From: Candidatus Heimdallarchaeota archaeon | Lineage (GTDB): Archaea; Asgardarchaeota; Heimdallarchaeia; Heimdallarchaeales; Heimdallarchaeaceae | Length of the DNA: 32,368 nucleotides | NCBI GenBank assembly: GCA_019057815.1 | Contig: JAHLWR010000031.1 | Coordinates: forward strand, 1 to 32,368 | Reading direction: 5' to 3' | Shown here: in pieces, positions 1 to 9,888 of the stretch | Layout: each line of letters starts with the position of its first letter | How positions within the stretch are numbered: the first letter of the stretch is position 1 | Position numbers and translations under genes: made by a program | The notes under the pieces: model-generated | Databases searched by the model: none | What the model saw: the letters and a program-made list of their open reading frames with translations, nothing else | What the model was told of the DNA's origin: nothing

Positions 1-56
1 GTCCCCTTGACTCTCCAATTACCCTCAAGTGTAACCCATGTCTGTTGAGTTAACAC
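1..56 (-). CDS. Possible 5' end of a gene running off the left edge
   Basis: Minus strand GTG at 56 opens VLTQQTWVTLEGNWRVKG to the window edge. It is divergent from 117..1043 across an AT-rich spacer. Confidence 0.3.
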   Translation of the reverse strand, partial: MLTQQTWVTLEGNWRVKG

Positions 57-116
57 ACCAAAAAAATATACAAAAAACTTCTTATAAATAATCAAGGTTG
101 ACATACATGAAAAAGA

Positions 117-1043
117 ATGCTTGAAGAAGAATTTTGCCCTTTCTGCAACAGAGAAATTAAAAAAGAGTCTAATTTTTGTAAGTACTGTGGTACCTCTTTG
201 AAAAGTTGTCCAAAGTGTAAGTTTCTTAATAAAGCAGAAGATTCATTTTGTGGAAAATGTGGAATAGATCTTAAACACATCGAAAGCCTTCAACCTTTGA
301 CTAGACCAAAACCTAGTCTCTCAAAACAGCAACAATACGAAATTGATCAAGACATAACAGATGTAATGCAACCAAAAAAGCAACAACCAACATCTTTCTT
401 GCCTTTTACTTATAGACAATACACACAACAACCTGTAAAATATGAATATCCAACTGAAAAGGAAGAAGTGTTTCAACCTGCTCAAATTAAATATTCTTAT
501 AGTAAAGTTCGTGCTTTAGGTTTCTTAGGTGGTCCTTTGCCAACCAGTAATGTATTTGCTGTGACCATAGAAGCATTTGGTTTTGCACTGGCGTTTATTG
601 CAGTTGGGATAACTATTGTAGGTATAGGTTTAACATTCTTTTCAACACTAATCTTACCTATAATAGGAGCTATGTTAGGAGGAACATTCGTAGTATCAGC
701 ACCATTTTTTGGGATATATTATGTAAGTTCGAAATGGTTGTATAACACTTTTGAGATAAAGAGACCCGTAAGAATGAGTACACTGTTTTGGAATTATTCA
801 CTTGGTACACTATTATTCTCAATTATTGGGATAATGCTAGCTCCTCTATTCTCAGAAGGGGGAGCTGTCGCTATATCACTAGCTGTTGTGGGAGTGATAG
901 TGATCTTAATGGGTTTGATTATCATCCCGTTAAAAGCATTCTTAGCAGATTTGATCTATGTAAAAGCAGCTATAAACGAAAGAGATACAGATAAAAAAGA
1001 TGGAAAAGACGAAACTGATGAGATAGAAGCTGAAAAGAAATAA
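117..1043 (+). CDS. Double zinc-ribbon membrane protein
   Basis: Four N-terminal CxxC motifs (CPFC, CKYC, CPKC, CGKC), a Q/P-rich linker, then about 4 hydrophobic TM segments. Confidence 0.8.
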   Translation: MLEEEFCPFCNREIKKESNFCKYCGTSLKSCPKCKFLNKAEDSFCGKCGIDLKHIESLQPLTRPKPSLSKQQQYEIDQDITDVMQPKKQQPTSFLPFTYRQYTQQPVKYEYPTEKEEVFQPAQIKYSYSKVRALGFLGGPLPTSNVFAVTIEAFGFALAFIAVGITIVGIGLTFFSTLILPIIGAMLGGTFVVSAPFFGIYYVSSKWLYNTFEIKRPVRMSTLFWNYSLGTLLFSIIGIMLAPLFSEGGAVAISLAVVGVIVILMGLIIIPLKAFLADLIYVKAAINERDTDKKDGKDETDEIEAEKK

Positions 1044-1108
1044 GTGATAAAAATTAATACTCTTTGCTAAAATTAATATATAGGAGATATTACTTCTATT
1101 TGATAAGA

Positions 1109-1678
1109 ATGGGAAAAGAGATTGCAGATCAAATCTACAAAATAATTAAGGAAAGAAGAAGCATTCGCTCTTTTACAACTCAAGATATTCCAGATGAGAC
1201 TGTACAAAAAATTATTGAAGCTGGTTGGCTGGCACCTTCTGCTGGAAACAGACAACCTGTTGAATATATTATTATAAGAGATGAAGCTGTAAAACAGAAA
1301 ATTTCAGTTCAAAAGTTTGTTGGAACAGCTTCAGTAGTAGTCGTTGTCGTAGTTAATAAAGACAGAGTAACAGAACGCTATGGAGAACGGGGTGAAAAAA
1401 TGTATATTTACCATGATTCAGGTGCAACCATACAAAATATGGTTCTTATGGCAAAGACTTTAGATATTGGAACTTGTTGGATTGGAGCTTTTAATGACGA
1501 AAGAGTATCTAAACTATTAAAATTGCCTGAAAACATCATACCAATGGCTATTATACCTATGGGTTATACAAAAAGTGAACCTTCTCCTCCAAGAAAAATA
1601 CCTTTAGAGAAAATTGTACATAATGAACAATATGAATCTCAAAAAATTAAGGAATATCTAATGTCTCTCGTGGATTAA
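1109..1678 (+). CDS. Nitroreductase family protein
   Basis: RRSIRSF, APSAGNRQP and GTCWIGAF motifs. ATG at 1109 is a more plausible start than 1064. Confidence 0.93.
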   Translation: MGKEIADQIYKIIKERRSIRSFTTQDIPDETVQKIIEAGWLAPSAGNRQPVEYIIIRDEAVKQKISVQKFVGTASVVVVVVVNKDRVTERYGERGEKMYIYHDSGATIQNMVLMAKTLDIGTCWIGAFNDERVSKLLKLPENIIPMAIIPMGYTKSEPSPPRKIPLEKIVHNEQYESQKIKEYLMSLVD

Positions 1679-1689
1679 TCTTTTCTTCC

Positions 1690-2271
1690 TTAAATTATTC
1701 TTTTGAGTAATTTTATCTCATTACTTGCTTCGTCCATCTCAATAATGCCATTATTTCGCAAATCATGAAGTGTTTTTAAAACTGCAGCTGGAGAGAACCC
1801 TGTTGTCATGGTTATTTCATTTCTGGTCCAAATTTCTTTGTTTGTCCCTTGTAAGAGTAACATTACTTTTGTGTGGGGGTTTGCAGCAAAAACTTGTTCG
1901 AATAATATAGAATAGATCGCTAACAACTCTTGCAAATCTAGTTCCTTTTTTTGTTCTTGAGCAACGTCTTCGTACATTTTTCTAAAACTTTCCATTTGCT
2001 CTTCTACTTTCTGATATCGGCTCTTATATTTCGTAAGCTCTGCTTCCATCTCCATAACACTAGATTGCTCTTTTTCATGCTCTTTTTGCATTGTTGAGAA
2101 TTTTTCTTCGATTTCCTTAACTCTTCCTTTCAAATCTGTGTTGGTTTTATTCATTTCCTCGTAATGATTAAGCATTTCAAGGATTGTGCGTGGTAATTGT
2201 TCAAGTTGGTTCTTTGCATCATCAAACAGTTTTTTGAACTTCTCAAAGGGAGTCTCATTTTCTGTTGACAT
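1690..2271 (-). CDS. Coiled-coil protein with C-terminal winged-helix-like domain
   Basis: About 110 aa of E/K/Q-rich heptads followed by a wHTH-like segment (WTRNEITMTTGFSPAAVLKTLHDLRNNGII). Confidence 0.7.
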   Translation of the reverse strand: MSTENETPFEKFKKLFDDAKNQLEQLPRTILEMLNHYEEMNKTNTDLKGRVKEIEEKFSTMQKEHEKEQSSVMEMEAELTKYKSRYQKVEEQMESFRKMYEDVAQEQKKELDLQELLAIYSILFEQVFAANPHTKVMLLLQGTNKEIWTRNEITMTTGFSPAAVLKTLHDLRNNGIIEMDEASNEIKLLKRII

Positions 2272-2374
2272 AATGAAATCAATGATTGCAGATTATTTTA
2301 AGTTTTCTCAACTTTGTCCAATATTGAGAAAATATGGGAAAAGTTTAAAAAAGTCAATAATTGCAGAATGAGCT

Positions 2375-3082
2375 ATGGATGCAATACTCCTATGCGGAGG
2401 ACTTGGAACTAGAATCCGCACAGTAACTCAAGATAGCTATCCTAAAGCTATGATTACTTTAAGTGGTAAGACAATCCTTCAATGGGAGCTTGAATGGTTA
2501 AGAAAAAACAGTGTTAAACATGCTATATTAGCAGTTAGACACTTAGCTGGATATATTGAAGAGCAATTTGGGAAAGTATTCGAAACTACTTACGGTGAAA
2601 TAGATGTATCCTATAGTAGAGAAACAGAAAAACTTGGTTCAGGTGGAGCAGTTAAGCTAGCTACTCAATATGTTAGTAGCAATCAATCTTTGATCATGAA
2701 TGGTGATATAATAACAAATTTCAATCTTGAAGATATGATAAATTTCCACAATAATGGGTCTGAAATAGGGTCAATAGCTGTTGCTAAAATGAGATCTCCT
2801 TTTGGGATTGTTGAAATAAATCAGGAGAATAAGATCGATTTATTCAGAGAAAAACCCATTCTAGACCATTGGATTCACGCAGGTGTGGATATCTTCAAAT
2901 CTGACATCTTAAATGATTTTCCTGATAAAGGGCAAATGGAAGAAACTATTTTTGTTGAACTAGCTGAACAAAGAGAATTACGAGCATTTCAAATAGAACC
3001 CAAATATTATTGGCGTAGCATTGATAATCCTAAAGATCTCCAAGAAACAGAAAAGGAATGGAAGGGGCTAGAAACTATTTAA
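2375..3082 (+). CDS. Sugar-phosphate nucleotidyltransferase (NTP_transferase family)
   Basis: AILLCGGLGTRIR, PKAM, LGSGGAV, MNGD and FREKP motifs. Confidence 0.92.
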   Translation: MDAILLCGGLGTRIRTVTQDSYPKAMITLSGKTILQWELEWLRKNSVKHAILAVRHLAGYIEEQFGKVFETTYGEIDVSYSRETEKLGSGGAVKLATQYVSSNQSLIMNGDIITNFNLEDMINFHNNGSEIGSIAVAKMRSPFGIVEINQENKIDLFREKPILDHWIHAGVDIFKSDILNDFPDKGQMEETIFVELAEQRELRAFQIEPKYYWRSIDNPKDLQETEKEWKGLETI

Positions 3083-3903
3083 ACACCCATAGTTAAGGGA
3101 TTCCAATCAAATCTTTTTTGTACATAACTTGTTTCAAAACCCATTTTTCTGTATAGCTCTTCAGCTCCACTGTTCTTATGGACTTGAAGGCAATAAGTCA
3201 TATTTGGTTTTGTAGCAAGTTGGTCATTTAAATAATTGGATAACATTGCAGTAGCATATCCTCGTCTTCTGAACATATTTCTTGTTCCCACACCGTATAT
3301 TCCAGTAATTTTATCATGGTTTAAAGTGCAAAAACAGCTTACATCCTTATCTGAAACATATCCGACGTAAAAATCAACACCATTATCAATTTGCATTGAT
3401 ACCATCCGAGTTATATATTTCGACAGATTCTTAGGATATTGAAAGGAATCAAAGAATATACTCACCCATTTGTCAATTTTCTTTTTAGATATGTGTTTTA
3501 TTTCTAGCGCAGGATTAGGTTTATTGAGATTGTTACTTGGTTGCCACTTCATAACTGAGATATCAACAAAGGATGGAATAAACTTTAAATCTCTCAAAAT
3601 CTTTGAGTTTCGTTGAAAATTTTCATTGTAAGGATGTTTAAGTATAAAATATTTGTTTCTATCTTCAAAAAACGAAAATGTATAATTTAGAAATTGTTCG
3701 AACTCTTCTTCACCATATGGTGTGGGCGTGATATAACTATATGTTTCAATAGAATTATTAAGAAGAAAAAACCCCAAATTGTTCTTCTTTACTTTGGAGT
3801 CTGGCATAAAAGTGTAAAATAAGTATTCGTTATTGTCTAACGTTTCTCTTTCTTGAGTTTCGTCTAAAGTGTTGGGCATTGTTCTCCAAATGTAATTTAA
3901 CAC
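3079..3903 (-). CDS. GNAT-family N-acetyltransferase
   Basis: IYGVGT..FRRRGYA acetyl-CoA-binding motif and C-terminal AEELYRKMGF. Confidence 0.88.
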   Translation of the reverse strand: MLNYIWRTMPNTLDETQERETLDNNEYLFYTFMPDSKVKKNNLGFFLLNNSIETYSYITPTPYGEEEFEQFLNYTFSFFEDRNKYFILKHPYNENFQRNSKILRDLKFIPSFVDISVMKWQPSNNLNKPNPALEIKHISKKKIDKWVSIFFDSFQYPKNLSKYITRMVSMQIDNGVDFYVGYVSDKDVSCFCTLNHDKITGIYGVGTRNMFRRRGYATAMLSNYLNDQLATKPNMTYCLQVHKNSGAEELYRKMGFETSYVQKRFDWNPLTMGV

Positions 3904-3991
3904 AGTGTAAATTAAATCTTGCTTTTATATTGATTATTTCTTCTAAAGCAAAAGACATTTAAAGAAAAAAAAATTTAGGATTTTGACGCAC

Positions 3992-4276
3992 ATGAGCACT
4001 AAAAAGAAGTTAGGAACAAATAGAGAATTTTTAAGAGAAGTTGCTAGAGGAGTGCTGGGTGTGGTTATTTTAATTATATTACTAATTGTCTGGTTAACTT
4101 GGGATGGAGTTTACCATTGGTTTTATAACTCCTTGGCACCTAATGCTAAATCAGGAACATTACTAATTATATGGTTATTATTTCTAGTTCCTTTGTTAAT
4201 CTGTGGTACTGCTCTGCTAATTTCAGGAGGAATGAAAGCTTACAAATTAGCGGTACCTCCCAAAGCAAAAAACTAG
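3992..4276 (+). CDS. Small two-TM membrane protein
   Basis: Two long hydrophobic stretches. ATG at 3992. Confidence 0.7.
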   Translation: MSTKKKLGTNREFLREVARGVLGVVILIILLIVWLTWDGVYHWFYNSLAPNAKSGTLLIIWLLFLVPLLICGTALLISGGMKAYKLAVPPKAKN

Positions 4277-4322
4277 AAAAAGGTCTTTTTACATATTTTT
4301 TTGAGAAAATATTATAATAGGT

Positions 4323-4796
4323 ATGTTTATTCTAAAGTTAATGAAACAGATAGATAAAGAAATAACTTTCACCAGTAAATGTTTTGGTTGTGGAAAAGAA
4401 AATCCTATTGGAGCTAAATTGAAGTTCTATGAAGATACTGAAAATAGCTTACAAACGACTTTTACAGCACCGGAAACTTGGGGTGGTTGGGGAGAAATAA
4501 TTCATGGAGGTTTACAGACTGTACTCTTGGATGAGATTTCTGCTTGGACTGCAATTAGCTTGTTGAGCATATATGGTTTAACGGTAAAAGCTGAAATAGA
4601 ATTCTTTCACCCTGTTTACGTAAATGAAAAACTTATCATCAAAAGTAGAATAGAGGTAGTAAAAGGAAAAGACATACAAATTTCAAGTTCTATTATGACA
4701 GAAGATGGAATGATTTGTACTAAAGGCCTCTTTACTTTTAGAACCATGCAAAAAGAAAAGTTAGAACAATTGGTTAAAAAAGATTTTAGCAGCTAG
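4323..4796 (+). CDS. PaaI family (hotdog-fold) thioesterase
   Basis: CFGCGKENPIG and IIHGGLQTVLLDE motifs. Confidence 0.9.
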   Translation: MFILKLMKQIDKEITFTSKCFGCGKENPIGAKLKFYEDTENSLQTTFTAPETWGGWGEIIHGGLQTVLLDEISAWTAISLLSIYGLTVKAEIEFFHPVYVNEKLIIKSRIEVVKGKDIQISSSIMTEDGMICTKGLFTFRTMQKEKLEQLVKKDFSS

Positions 4797-5016
4797 TATG
4801 TATTATAGCTCCAGTAGGGCAATCAGACACGCAAGCGCAACATTCGATGCACTCATCAACATTTGTAGCTTGCGATTTTCCATCTATCAATTTGAAAACT
4901 TCAGAGGGACAAACATCTATACAAACAGCAGACCCATCACATTTTTCATGATCTATTTTTATTGTCCAATCGTCTGAGACGAATTCTTTGACTGACATAT
5001 TTCTCAAAAAGACCAT
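4786..5016 (-). CDS. 4Fe-4S dicluster ferredoxin
   Basis: CDGSAVCIDVCP and CIECCACVSDCP. True start is probably ATG at 4998. Confidence 0.9.
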   Translation of the reverse strand: MVFLRNMSVKEFVSDDWTIKIDHEKCDGSAVCIDVCPSEVFKLIDGKSQATNVDECIECCACVSDCPTGAIIHTSC

Positions 5017-5077
5017 TTCTTTCTACTATATAAATTATATCTTTTTTTTATGTGCTTCATTCAGAGAATTCTAGGAA

Positions 5078-6571
5078 CTACTTTATTTCATACTTTTCTC
5101 CTAATTGAGGATTGAGGATATTGGAATGGAATGAACTGAAAGCGAGTGGTTCCTCCGTGTGAATAGGCATTACCTGTTTAGGGTTAATTATATTTATCAT
5201 TTCCTTTATATCTCCACTAGACGCATGACCTGAGCAGTGTAGTTGATGGTATGGATATAGATTGAAATATTTAAGCCACTCATCTACCCTTCTCTGGTCT
5301 AATTCCATTTCTTCGTCTATAGGTTCAGTTACTGATCTTATGTAGACAGATTTTTCTGGAGGTTTAATGTCGAACAAATGCTTCAATTCAAAAAAATCGC
5401 ATCTAAAAAGGTATTTTCGGGGATTAGCTACTATTTCTTCTGCTCTTACGCTGTTTGTATGATCTAAAAATTCTCTTTCCCAATTAGAGTAGTCTTGTAG
5501 TTGAATATCTTTTGGATAATTGTTATTACCTAAGACACCCCAGCCTTTTTTAGGAATAAATATACTTACTTCGTTAATCCTTGGAATGTCTTTCACACCA
5601 TTTTCTTCTAATGTTTTCAGAGCGTAAGCTTGCCTTAAACTGACTACTAATGTCCTATCGACAGATTCTGCTACCTCAATAAATGACCTCATGCGATCTG
5701 TATCTCTGATAGGGAAATTTGTCAAAATCAATCCCTCAACATCTGAAGAAAGTTTGAATAAATCTCTTTGTAAATCAAGTTCACCATAAGTTGTGGACTC
5801 ACTTATTCTTGTTCCTTCTGTTAACAGCAAGATTGGATCGTATTCAGCAGCTTTAGACACGAAAAAATCACTGTAATTAGATCTTCGACCGTGAAATCTT
5901 ATATCTCCTGTATATACTATTGCACCTTCAGAAGTTTCTATCACAAATGAGTGAGCTCCTGGAACAGAGTGATCAACAGGAAAAGCGTGAACAATGATGT
6001 CATCGACCTTAAAATCTGGCTTGAAAATATTTATATCTCGAGGGATAATTGACCCTTTATCTTTAGTTAATTTTGAGCTATCTCTCTTGCTTGGTCTAAG
6101 TTTGAAATTTTCTTTAAGTCTAGTATATTCATGAAAACCAAAAGAAGACTCTTCAAAGGTTTGTAGAATGGCCTTACTCCCTTGAGAGCAGAAAATGGGT
6201 ATGTCTGAACGAAGATATGAAATAAATCCTGCATGATCAAGATGAGGGTGAGATAGTATAATTCCGTCATATAATGGATCTTTACTACTCTCACGCATAC
6301 GATTTTCATAATCTTGTCTATAAAGACCTTCTAAATTTGGAAGTAAGCCAAGAGCAATAAAATCTTTAATATATTCCCAGCTTCTAGGACGAAGGTAGGG
6401 AGAAAAAAAACTATTCATTCTACCAAAACAGAGACCAAAATCAAGAAAAACTTTTGTTCCTTTATCTTCTAGCAGTAGTTTATTACCACCTATTTCCTTT
6501 ACAGCACCAAAAGCGGTTATATTCGTCATAACTAAAAATAAGAAGAACAAACTAATAACGTTTTTCCACAA
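5078..6571 (-). CDS. MBL-fold / beta-CASP metallo-hydrolase (RNase J-like)
   Basis: EIGGNK, LDFG, SHPHLDH, VDHS, YTGD, HCSGH and PIHTE motifs. Likely start is MTNITAFG. Confidence 0.9.
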   Translation of the reverse strand: MWKNVISLFFLFLVMTNITAFGAVKEIGGNKLLLEDKGTKVFLDFGLCFGRMNSFFSPYLRPRSWEYIKDFIALGLLPNLEGLYRQDYENRMRESSKDPLYDGIILSHPHLDHAGFISYLRSDIPIFCSQGSKAILQTFEESSFGFHEYTRLKENFKLRPSKRDSSKLTKDKGSIIPRDINIFKPDFKVDDIIVHAFPVDHSVPGAHSFVIETSEGAIVYTGDIRFHGRRSNYSDFFVSKAAEYDPILLLTEGTRISESTTYGELDLQRDLFKLSSDVEGLILTNFPIRDTDRMRSFIEVAESVDRTLVVSLRQAYALKTLEENGVKDIPRINEVSIFIPKKGWGVLGNNNYPKDIQLQDYSNWEREFLDHTNSVRAEEIVANPRKYLFRCDFFELKHLFDIKPPEKSVYIRSVTEPIDEEMELDQRRVDEWLKYFNLYPYHQLHCSGHASSGDIKEMINIINPKQVMPIHTEEPLAFSSFHSNILNPQLGEKYEIK

Positions 6572-6620
6572 TAGTCATTAAGAATAAAAAATAATAAAAA
6601 AAGCAAGAAACTTAAATTAT

Positions 6621-6854
6621 CTATTGCTCAACACAGATCATCGTCATTGTTGAACGAACATTTTCCAAATCTCTTAGATTTTGAGTCACAATATTTTTCA
6701 GAGTCGCAGTGTCCTCTGCTTCTATTTTAGCAATTAAGTCATAGACTCCGTAGAGAACATAAGCTTCTACAACATTTGGAAGTTTTAGAAGATGTTCTTG
6801 AACTTCTTGCTCTTTACCGATTTCGCTATTAATTAGTATATATGCTGTTGCCAT
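6621..6854 (-). CDS. Stand-alone Lrp/AsnC ligand-binding-domain protein
   Basis: AYILIN, LYGVYDLIAKI and VRSTMT. No HTH. GTGGT RBS-like sequence upstream. Confidence 0.9.
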   Translation of the reverse strand: MATAYILINSEIGKEQEVQEHLLKLPNVVEAYVLYGVYDLIAKIEAEDTATLKNIVTQNLRDLENVRSTMTMICVEQ

Positions 6855-6982
6855 TTGCTATACCACAGCAAAAAGAAAACAAAGCCATTTAAAAACATTT
6901 TTCCAACATAGTGAAGAACTGAAAAAAAAGAAAAGGGGAAAGGAACGATTCTAAAACTGCTGGGATTAGTTTCACTAGAAAA

Positions 6983-7966
6983 TCAAGACCTATGAAGAAT
7001 TAATTCGACTATATCAGTATCAGCTAATTCGTGATCAATTCCAACACTTTGTCCTTGAATTTCGCACGATGGTCCCCAGACTCGCGCATAACGAAATCTT
7101 CCGATGAAAGATGTATGAATTTTCTTCAACATATCTTTAATTGTAAAACCTTTAGGAAGCACAAATGGTTTTTCAAAATCAGCTTTCTTTTGAGGAGGTT
7201 TAGTATAGATTCGAACGACATCTAGAAACTTGAAAAGATTTTCCTTCAGCTTTTCAAGAGATTCTTCGTTCTTTACAGATGTTGGAAAGACATCCAAAGA
7301 GGTTATTTCTTGTAGATACTGATATTTCTCACTCGAATCTGGTAAATCACCTTTTGTGGCAATAATTCCAAGTTTATATGTGGTTTCACCATCAATTATA
7401 ATTTTAGCCTCTTCTAATTGTTCAATAAGGAAATCGTATTGTCTATCTATGTCCATGGATAAATCGATAACCATCATTACAGCATCACTTGTTCGAGCTA
7501 CTCTTCGAATTTGTCTGCTAATGTTCCAGTCTTCCTTAAAGTCTAAAAAACCAGGTAAATCAATTATCTGGATCTTGACGTTTTCATACTCACAAGTACC
7601 AGCGAGAGCTTCTCTAGTAGTGTGAAGAAAAGCTCCTGTTTTAACATTAGTATTAGTTATTGCATTCATTAGAGTGCTTTTTCCCACATTCGAAATACCA
7701 AAGAGAGCTATCCGACCATCACCTGAGGCAGGTATGTCAAAAGGATCATATGTCCTACCTTTTACTTTGGGTTTCTTTTTAGTTTCAGCTATTAATTCTT
7801 CAAGTTCCTTAATCTGTATCTTGAAAAGACCAATCTTATCTAATTTCTTGTTACGAATATCCTCGATTATATCCTCTAATTCTTGGATTAAATCGTCCCC
7901 TTCAAGATTTCTTATCCTTCTAGCAATATTAAATCGATACCATTTCAACTTGGTATGTGTACTCAT
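6983..7966 (-). CDS. DRG/OBG-family GTP-binding protein with TGS domain
   Basis: G1 GISNVGKS, G3 DLPG, G4 TKGD, and C-terminal TGS (FRYARVWG...DHELADTDIVE). GGTGA RBS upstream. Confidence 0.92.
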   Translation of the reverse strand: MSTHTKLKWYRFNIARRIRNLEGDDLIQELEDIIEDIRNKKLDKIGLFKIQIKELEELIAETKKKPKVKGRTYDPFDIPASGDGRIALFGISNVGKSTLMNAITNTNVKTGAFLHTTREALAGTCEYENVKIQIIDLPGFLDFKEDWNISRQIRRVARTSDAVMMVIDLSMDIDRQYDFLIEQLEEAKIIIDGETTYKLGIIATKGDLPDSSEKYQYLQEITSLDVFPTSVKNEESLEKLKENLFKFLDVVRIYTKPPQKKADFEKPFVLPKGFTIKDMLKKIHTSFIGRFRYARVWGPSCEIQGQSVGIDHELADTDIVELILHRS

Positions 7967-8199
7967 TTTCTCACCTTACTATCTAGTTATTTTTTATCAA
8001 CTTTTTGACCAAATTTCAATTCATATTCAAATAATATGGTTTTTTAAAGAATTAGTGACGAGAATGTTTTCGAAGATAGAGTGGTAATATAAAGAACATA
8101 ATCAGAGAAAGCACAGTTTGTTGAAGAAATTTTCAACAAATGAAAACAGCATAACAACACATACTCTACTCGCTACTAATTAAACGTTAAATAAATACT

Positions 8200-9660
8200 T
8201 TAGCGCGAGATCCCCTCGCTTGCCATTATAATGTAGGTTTAGGAGAAGACATTGTTATCATAGAGATTTTGACTCAGATAAATATAAATGCTTCTGTCAT
8301 ACTGTCATGTTAATATTTTCTGAGTTTATATAGGGAAAACTAAAGAAAAGTATGATGAACAAAGTCTTACGGACAGAAATAATGGAAGTGCGAAGAAATA
8401 AAGAGTTAAGCAAGCTTTGTCATCGAACTAAGAACCTATACAATCGAACAAACTTTCTGATAAAAGAAGAGTTGAAGAAAAACAGCAAATTATTATTCTA
8501 CAATGACCTAGATAGACTCTTGAAGGGTGAGGAATGTTACAAGCTTTTACCTTCTCACACCGCTCAACACACACTAAAATTGTTGTCAAGGAACTGGAAA
8601 GCTTACTTCCAAGCTCTGAAAGAGTGGAAGAGACAACCTAGCAAATTCCTCAGTTGTCCCCGTTCTCCATATTTTAAGAAACCTTCAGGGGAGACCGTAG
8701 CTATCTTTAGTAACCAGCAAGCGCGAATTGTTAATGGATGGGTAGTGTTACCACAGAAAGTTAAGTTTACTATCGAGACTCGCTTAACAGCCCAAGATAA
8801 CTTACGAGAGGTACGTGTCATCCCTAGAGGAATAGGTTATACTTTCGAGCTTGTCTATCACAAATATCTTCCAAAGGCAAAGCGAAAGAAAAAAAACAGA
8901 AAAGGTTCTATCGATTTAGGTACGATCAACCTCGTGACTTTCGTGGATAACATCGGATCGCGTCCGATTGTCATCAAGGACGAGGGAAAAGGGATAAAAT
9001 CTATCAATCAATATTATATGAAAGAAGTAAAAAAGTTACAACAGCAGTATGCGTCACAACAACACAAACAGTTACGTCAAAATAACAAGTTACATTATGG
9101 TAATCGTTTCCACCTTTATCGTCAACACTTGAGATGGAAGGTGAAAGATTGGTTACATCAAGTGAGCAATTTCCTCGTTGACCTCTGGGAAACTAGGGGT
9201 TTACACACCATTTACATCGGTTACAATCCTCTCTGGAAACAGCAACTGAGGTTGAGAAAGAAGACTACACAAATTTTTGTAAGTATTCCTTTTGAAAAAT
9301 TCATCAAAATCCTTCAATACAAGGCTGAAGAGAAAGGGATAAAGGTTGAACCTATTGAAGAAGAGTATACCTCTAAATGTAGTTTTCTAGATAATGAGTC
9401 TCCCCATAAACAGATCATGTATAAAGGTAAGAGATTGCACCGAGGACTGTTTCGTTCTGCAACAGGTGTCTCAATTAATGCCGATGTTAATGCTGCTTAC
9501 AACATTTTACTTAAAGGCGATCCGCAAGCGCTACCTAAACGTAGTGTGGGCGGGGTAGGAGGGTACGTGGTTTACCCCCTCAGAGTGAGCTATCCAGCAA
9601 TGAAACTCTAAGCAAGTGCTTGTTATATGCCATTATGACAAAATCAAATCATAAATGTAT
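8200..9660 (+). mobile_element. Non-autonomous tnpB-only IS element (ends approximate)
   Basis: Upstream hairpin GCGAG-ATCCC-CTCGC (8205-8219). 3' hairpins GAGGGTA..TACCCCCTC (about 9559-9581) and TTATGA..TCATAA (about 9633-9654). More GC-rich than the flanks. Confidence 0.65.
8352..9611 (+). CDS. tnpB: RNA-guided endonuclease TnpB (IS200/IS605/IS607 superfamily)
   Basis: KNLYN N-terminus, RuvC-I SIDLG, IYIGYN, EEEYTSKCS and RuvC-III NADVNAAYNI. No tnpA nearby. Confidence 0.93.
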   Translation: MMNKVLRTEIMEVRRNKELSKLCHRTKNLYNRTNFLIKEELKKNSKLLFYNDLDRLLKGEECYKLLPSHTAQHTLKLLSRNWKAYFQALKEWKRQPSKFLSCPRSPYFKKPSGETVAIFSNQQARIVNGWVVLPQKVKFTIETRLTAQDNLREVRVIPRGIGYTFELVYHKYLPKAKRKKKNRKGSIDLGTINLVTFVDNIGSRPIVIKDEGKGIKSINQYYMKEVKKLQQQYASQQHKQLRQNNKLHYGNRFHLYRQHLRWKVKDWLHQVSNFLVDLWETRGLHTIYIGYNPLWKQQLRLRKKTTQIFVSIPFEKFIKILQYKAEEKGIKVEPIEEEYTSKCSFLDNESPHKQIMYKGKRLHRGLFRSATGVSINADVNAAYNILLKGDPQALPKRSVGGVGGYVVYPLRVSYPAMKL

Positions 9661-9680
9661 CTAGTTGGAATAAAAACAAA
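9500..9680 (+). ncRNA. Putative omega/reRNA overlapping the tnpB 3' end
   Basis: TnpB guide RNAs derive from the element's right end, and GC-rich hairpins are visible here. Boundaries not determinable. Confidence 0.45.
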
Positions 9681-9888
9681 AAAAAGCAACCTTTTCTTCA
9701 TTTTTTATCGGATTCTGCATGAAAAATAGAGCATTGAATCAGAGATGAAGGTATTTCCTTATGCAATACCTTTTTAGGCATATTCGTTGGTAACGTAACT
9801 ATATATACCATCTAACAGCTGACATTACTGAATTGGGTTCAATATAAATTAATTACTGATTCAATCAAGGGGTGATTCTATCAGAATA

